Shown piece after piece: positions 58,730-64,000 of a DNA stretch of 64,000 nucleotides. The stretch is from a virus. Lineage: Duplodnaviria; Caudoviricetes. The first letter of the stretch is position 1. Each line of letters opens with the position of its first letter. The stretch is from positions 1 to 64,000 of IMG/VR virus record IMGVR_UViG_3300042314_000891, one strand, 5' to 3'. The notes under the pieces are model-generated. The model made no database searches. It was not told the DNA's origin and saw only the letters and a program-made list of their open reading frames with translations. A program made the translations under genes and the position numbers.

Positions 58730-59260
58730 ATGAAACTGCGTAAGATATTAAAAGAAATACAAAAGACACCATATCAGTATGGGTGTGCAATGTTATACAT
58801 AGATTTTGATGAATCTATATTGACAAGTACAATTAGTAATGTTGATGTATATGATGATGAGAATGGTCACTATGGTTTAGAAACAGAACCACACGTTACA
58901 TTACTATATGGTTTACATACAAATGTACCAGATGGTGTAGTTTCTCAAATTATCAACCAAGTTCCGTTTGGTGATATTAAACTAACAAACCCATCTATTT
59001 TCGAAGGTAACCCAGATTACGATGTATTAAAGTTTGATGCAAGTGGTGAGGGATTACAAAGAGCAAATGAGTTATTAAAAAAGCTACCACATTCAAACGA
59101 TTACCCAGAATACAATCCACATATGACTGTGGCTTACTTAAAGAAAGGTAAGTGGCAACAATATACAAATAAGTTTATGCAGATGCAATTTGAAGTTTCA
59201 CCATTATATGTCATTTATAGTAAAAGCGATGGTAGTAAACACAAATTTAAAATAAGGTAA
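58730..59260 (+). CDS. 2H phosphoesterase, T4 gp57B/Acb1-like
   Basis: PHVTLLYG and YNPHMTVAY (two HxT motifs); ATG 58730. Confidence 0.8.
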   Translation: MKLRKILKEIQKTPYQYGCAMLYIDFDESILTSTISNVDVYDDENGHYGLETEPHVTLLYGLHTNVPDGVVSQIINQVPFGDIKLTNPSIFEGNPDYDVLKFDASGEGLQRANELLKKLPHSNDYPEYNPHMTVAYLKKGKWQQYTNKFMQMQFEVSPLYVIYSKSDGSKHKFKIR

Positions 59261-59264
59261 GGAT

Positions 59265-59729
59265 ATGGAAAAGGTATTCAGAAGATTAATTGACAGAAAA
59301 AAAGTAGAATTAGTAACATATATATCTGAATACCTATCTAATAACGATGGTATTGAAATACTCATTGGATGTGATTCACAAGTATTCAAAACAAAAACAA
59401 TCTATGCAATTGTAATTGCACTTTACACTCCCGGCAAAGGAGCTCACTTACTTTTCACTCGTTGGAACACTAATAGAGAGAACTATTCAGGTAATCGTTT
59501 GATACATGAAGTATGGTCTTCTATTGAGGTAGCAGAGTATTTAAGAGAAGCGGGATTACCAAAGGCAACATATATTGACGTAGATTTAAACCCAGACCCA
59601 CAATTCAAATCAAATGAAGTGTTCCGTCAAGCAGTAGGAATGGTAGAAGGAATGGGTTACAAATGTAGACACAAAGGAACAAATGCAGCAGTAACATATG
59701 CGGCAGATAGTTTAGTAAAAATGTACTAA
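59265..59729 (+). CDS. RNase H-like YkuK/DUF458 protein
   Basis: IGCDSQ, GKGAH, RLIHEVWSSIEVA, DVDLN, YAAD. Confidence 0.8.
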   Translation: MEKVFRRLIDRKKVELVTYISEYLSNNDGIEILIGCDSQVFKTKTIYAIVIALYTPGKGAHLLFTRWNTNRENYSGNRLIHEVWSSIEVAEYLREAGLPKATYIDVDLNPDPQFKSNEVFRQAVGMVEGMGYKCRHKGTNAAVTYAADSLVKMY

Positions 59730-59787
59730 ACTATTTGTTCTTTTGGTTTATATTTCGTATCTTTGTAAAAATTAAACCAATAATAAG

Positions 59788-62316
59788 TTGTATCAAAATA
59801 TATTTTATCAAAAGGGCAAAAACAAAGTACATTTGTGGGATGACCTTACGGGCTATCACGTTTTAGATTTCAAACCATATGCTTGGAGAGCTGACCCATT
59901 TGGGGATGCAACATCGTTGAGTGGGGTTAAAGTTTCCAAAACGTATGAGTTTACAAAGGATGACCCAAATCTATTCGAATCGGATGTACCCGAAACAACT
60001 CGTATATTGGTAGATTTATATAATTCAAGCGATATTCCATCGGTTGGACACGTTATAATGACATTCGATATTGAGGTAGAAATGTTATCAGGACTACCGG
60101 ATACTCAAAAAGCAAAGAATGAAATTACAGCAATTGCACTACATGATAGTGCAACGGATGTATATTATGCTTTGGTTTTGGATAAGGATGATAAAGTTAA
60201 AAACACTACAACTGGAAACAGAATTGTTAAATCTTATAGTAATGAAAGAGATTTGTTGAGAGCATTCTTAACAATCTACGAAGAAATACACCCATCAATT
60301 ATCACAGGTTGGAACATTGACTCATTTGACGTTCCGTATTTATTCAATCGTATTACAAACGTATTGGGTAGAAGTAACGCAACTCGTCTTTCACCAATTG
60401 GTGAGTGTTTCTATTCACCATACAGAAATCGTTGGAGTTTTGCTGGGGTAAGTGCATTGGATTATATTCACTTATATAAGACATACACATATACATTAGA
60501 ACCATCTTATACCTTAAACTATATTGCAACCAAAGAGTTGGGTAAAGGTAAGTTAGAATACAAAGGTAATTTGGATGATTTATTCAGAGAAGATATAAAC
60601 AAATACATTGATTACAACATAGTAGACGTTGAGTTAGTGGTTGGTTTAGAAAAGAAACTACAATTCATTGAACTATGTAGAGCAATCTGCCATGCGGGAC
60701 ACGTTCCGTATGAGGATTTTGTGTATTCATCAAAGTATTTGGAAGGTGCTTGTTTGAACTACCTTAAACAAAAGAATTTAGTAGCACCTAACAAACCTGC
60801 GGATAGAAGAGAAAGGATGCAGGAAATCAATGATAATAATCAAGAGAAGTTCATTGGAGCATATGTAAAAGAACCTATCGTTGGTAAGTATGATTGGATT
60901 TATGACTTGGACTTAACATCTCTATATCCATCAATCATTATGACCCTAAACATCTCACCTGAAACAAAAATGGGTAAGATTGAAAATTGGGATGCAGAAG
61001 AGTGGATTAGAGGTACGGATAAAACATACGATGTAACATCAGCTGGAAGTACTGAAACTTATAGTAAGAATGAAGTACAACAAATGATTAAAGAGCACGG
61101 ATTGGGTGTAGCCGCCAATGGGGTTCTGTATGACCAGAGTAAACCTGGACTTATTGCAGATATTTTAGATTTATGGTTTTCACAAAGGGTTGAATTTAGA
61201 AAATTAGAAAAACAATATGGTGAAGCGGGTGATACGGAGAAATATGAATTTTATGCTAAAAGGCAGTTGGTTCAGAAGATTCTTCTTAACTCTATGTATG
61301 GTGTTCTTGGTCTTCCTGCCTTTCGGTTTTACGATATTGATAATGCAGAGGCAGTTACGATTACGGGTCAAACTGTTATTAAGAAAACGGCAGAGATGGC
61401 AAACATTAAGTACCAAAAGGAATTAGGTACTAAAGAAGATTACAACGTGTATATAGATACAGACTCAATCTATATGCTGGCAGAACCTTTGGTAAAACAT
61501 AGGTTTCCGGAGTATAAAACATTTGATGAGAAACGAATGGCTTCGGTAGTAAACGATATTGCAGAAGAAACACAACTATTTCTTAATAAGTTCTATGATA
61601 TATTAGCCGAAAGGTTCTTCTTTATATCAAAGGATAAGCACAGATTTGAAATTAAAAAGGAATACATTTCTAAAGCAGGATTTTGGGTAGCAAAGAAACG
61701 ATATGCACAATGGATGATTTTAAAGAATGGTATTCCATGTGATAAACTTGATGTAAAGGGGTTAGATGTAGTTCGTTCATCATTCCCAAAAGCATTTCAA
61801 GACTTTATGAGTGGTATTCTTCGTGATATTCTTACGGGTAAAACGAATGAAGATGTTGATAAAGAATTAAGAGAGTTTAAATTAAGTTTATCTGGATTGG
61901 ATGTATCAGTTATAGCAAAGGGTGGAGCAGTAAAAGAGATTAGTAAATATGATACCAAAACTTTAGATAAACGTATTGGTTCATTTGAAAAAGGAACACC
62001 TGCACACGTTAAAGCAGCAATCACATATAATCGATTACTCAAACACTACAATTGTGCATTTATGTATGAACCAATTAGAGATGGTGATAAGATTAAGTGG
62101 GTATATTTAAAACAAAATCCATTTGGATTAGATACGGTAGCATTTAAGAACTATAATGACCCGGATGAAATTATGGATTTTGTTAAAAAATACATTGATG
62201 TAGATAGAATTTTCGAAGCAGAGTTGGAGAATAAGATGAATGACTTTTATAGAGCATTGAAATGGGAGAAGGTAAACCACGCAGAAAAAAAACTCTCACA
62301 ATTTTTTGGATTCTAA
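59788..62316 (+). CDS. Family B DNA polymerase (gp43-like)
   Basis: FDIEV, GWNIDSFD, DLDLTSLYPSII, KILLNSMYG, YIDTDS. Confidence 0.96.
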   Translation: MYQNIFYQKGKNKVHLWDDLTGYHVLDFKPYAWRADPFGDATSLSGVKVSKTYEFTKDDPNLFESDVPETTRILVDLYNSSDIPSVGHVIMTFDIEVEMLSGLPDTQKAKNEITAIALHDSATDVYYALVLDKDDKVKNTTTGNRIVKSYSNERDLLRAFLTIYEEIHPSIITGWNIDSFDVPYLFNRITNVLGRSNATRLSPIGECFYSPYRNRWSFAGVSALDYIHLYKTYTYTLEPSYTLNYIATKELGKGKLEYKGNLDDLFREDINKYIDYNIVDVELVVGLEKKLQFIELCRAICHAGHVPYEDFVYSSKYLEGACLNYLKQKNLVAPNKPADRRERMQEINDNNQEKFIGAYVKEPIVGKYDWIYDLDLTSLYPSIIMTLNISPETKMGKIENWDAEEWIRGTDKTYDVTSAGSTETYSKNEVQQMIKEHGLGVAANGVLYDQSKPGLIADILDLWFSQRVEFRKLEKQYGEAGDTEKYEFYAKRQLVQKILLNSMYGVLGLPAFRFYDIDNAEAVTITGQTVIKKTAEMANIKYQKELGTKEDYNVYIDTDSIYMLAEPLVKHRFPEYKTFDEKRMASVVNDIAEETQLFLNKFYDILAERFFFISKDKHRFEIKKEYISKAGFWVAKKRYAQWMILKNGIPCDKLDVKGLDVVRSSFPKAFQDFMSGILRDILTGKTNEDVDKELREFKLSLSGLDVSVIAKGGAVKEISKYDTKTLDKRIGSFEKGTPAHVKAAITYNRLLKHYNCAFMYEPIRDGDKIKWVYLKQNPFGLDTVAFKNYNDPDEIMDFVKKYIDVDRIFEAELENKMNDFYRALKWEKVNHAEKKLSQFFGF

Positions 62317-62357
62317 ATTAAATTTCCGTATATTTGTAAAAATTAAAACAATAAATT

Positions 62358-63077
62358 ATGAACAAAGTAAGATTAAATCGTTTCATTCAAAAGTACAACT
62401 TGGCTGGACTTATTGAAAGTGTTGCTTGGAAAACAGATGGTAGTACATTAACTACAAAGTTTATTTCCGATGATAAAACTTTATTAGGTGAGGTTGAATT
62501 AGCAAATTTCACATTTGATACCGCAGAGTTGGGTGTTTACACTACATCAAATCTAAATCGTATGTTATCTGTAATGGGTGATGATATTGAATTGGAGGTT
62601 GGTAAGATGGAAGAAAAGAGTATTTCATTAAACATCAAAAGTGACAAGACAAAGGTAAACTATCAGTTGGCTGAATTAGCAGTTATTCCAGCGGTACCTG
62701 ATTTGAAATCATTGCCTGATTTTGATATTCAAATTGAATTAGATAATGCATTCATTGACCGTTTTATCAAAGGTAAAAACGCATTATCGGATGTAGATAC
62801 ATTTACAATTCTTACAGAGAAGGGTGATTTAAATTTGGTGTTGGGTTACTCAAATGTAAACTCTAACCGAATTACATACACTGTACATTCATCGTATGGT
62901 GCAGAAGTTAAAGCAATTTCATTTTCCGCTAAATATCTTAAAGAGGTATTGGTAGCAAACAAAGATGCAAATTCAGCTAAATTACAAATTTCAACACAAG
63001 GATTAGCACACGTTGCATTCCAAATTGATGACTTTACATCAAAATACTATTTAGTTGAAGTTCAAGCTGGAGCATAA
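62358..63077 (+). CDS. Sliding clamp (gp45-like)
   Basis: Size, position after PolB, clamp-like C-terminus ending SKYYLV. Confidence 0.7.
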   Translation: MNKVRLNRFIQKYNLAGLIESVAWKTDGSTLTTKFISDDKTLLGEVELANFTFDTAELGVYTTSNLNRMLSVMGDDIELEVGKMEEKSISLNIKSDKTKVNYQLAELAVIPAVPDLKSLPDFDIQIELDNAFIDRFIKGKNALSDVDTFTILTEKGDLNLVLGYSNVNSNRITYTVHSSYGAEVKAISFSAKYLKEVLVANKDANSAKLQISTQGLAHVAFQIDDFTSKYYLVEVQAGA

Positions 63078-63089
63078 TAAATTACATAT

Positions 63090-64000
63090 ATGAAATTTTG
63101 GGATACCGAAGAACCAAAGGAGGTTTTTAATTACGATGAGATGAAACGTAAGTTCATTGAGAACTTGGATTATCTTAAAGAAATGTCCGTTGAAGAACAA
63201 ACACTATACAAAAAGTGGATGGAATGGAATGCGGACTTAAAGACAACGTTTCCTAAAAAATCATATTTAGGTCAATACTACGATGTGTTGTGGAGACCAA
63301 CTGATATATACAATAAGGAGCTAACTCTGAAAGAATTAGATGAGTTAGACCCTTATGTGGAAATTGTTGAAGATGACCCAAAGCAATCAACTCGATGGAC
63401 GGATATTCGTAGACTTATCCATACGATGGAGTTTTCAGCTAACCCAGGTCGTAATGTTAAGATTTACGCCAAAGATAGAACGAGTGGTAAGATATTAGGG
63501 CAGATTTGTTTAGGTTCTGATATTACATCTTTGGGAGTTAGAGATGCATATATCGGTTGGAGTAAAGATGATAAGTTTAAGAAGGGTAAATTGAATTGTA
63601 CTGCTATTGCAACTACCATCGTATCAACACAACCATTTGGTTACAATTTTTTGGGTGGTAAACTAATCGCAGCATTAGCAACCGCACCGGAGATACGGGA
63701 TTATTGGAAACGCAAGTATAGTAATCCATTAGTTGGTATAGGTACAACATCCCTGTATGGTATTCACTCACAATATAATGGTATCCCACATTTCAAAACA
63801 TTAGGCGAATCTAAAGGTAAAATTTCTACAAAGCCAGATGATTCGGTTTATGACCCTTGGCATCAATGGATTAAAGAAAATCGTTCAGAATGGTATAGTA
63901 AAAATATCACACAAGAACGTGAAAGGAATGGTGCTAGTATGGGTTATGAAAAGAATGGACCTGTAAGTGGTATTAAGCAAAAGATTATTCAATCAATCTA
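63090..64000 (+). CDS. DUF4338 / Druantia DruA-like protein, 3'-truncated (not in ORF track)
   Basis: NPGRNVK, GQICLGSD...RDAYIGW, QPFGYNFLGGKLIA, TTSLYG..SQYN. Confidence 0.8.
   Translation, partial: MKFWDTEEPKEVFNYDEMKRKFIENLDYLKEMSVEEQTLYKKWMEWNADLKTTFPKKSYLGQYYDVLWRPTDIYNKELTLKELDELDPYVEIVEDDPKQSTRWTDIRRLIHTMEFSANPGRNVKIYAKDRTSGKILGQICLGSDITSLGVRDAYIGWSKDDKFKKGKLNCTAIATTIVSTQPFGYNFLGGKLIAALATAPEIRDYWKRKYSNPLVGIGTTSLYGIHSQYNGIPHFKTLGESKGKISTKPDDSVYDPWHQWIKENRSEWYSKNITQERERNGASMGYEKNGPVSGIKQKIIQSI

Overview
A 64-kb, AT-rich segment of a large T4-like (myovirus) phage genome with essentially all real genes on the + strand. Repeated TTTG...TAnnTTTG promoters point to a Bacteroidota host. Order: (1) protein glycosyltransferase, paralogous virion proteins, collagen-like S74 tail fibres, sheath, tube, tape measure and baseplate (1-28.5 kb); (2) replication and nucleotide metabolism: divergent PolA, halogenase, gp32, RecA, RNase H/FEN, helicase, NrdAB, PhoH, Trx, two Mom-like adenine-modification enzymes, three 2OG-Fe(II) oxygenases (28.6-50.2 kb); (3) an ~8.5-kb non-coding RNA island: tmRNA, a GOLLD-like giant RNA, tRNAs for all 20 amino acids, several remodelled tRNA-like RNAs and unexplained structured spacers (50.3-58.7 kb); (4) Acb1-like phosphoesterase, PolB, clamp and a DUF4338 protein. 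The most striking signal is a 47-codon leader ORF (52177-52320, absent from the ORF track). It samples 19 amino acids and 27 different codons in its first 29 codons and overlaps an antiterminator for the terminator in front of a 12-tRNA operon, i.e. a candidate attenuator that senses depletion of any tRNA. A second candidate system pairs two translation-incompetent-looking tRNA-Gly genes with the Mom-like DNA-modifying enzymes. All family assignments come from motif recognition, not database searches.
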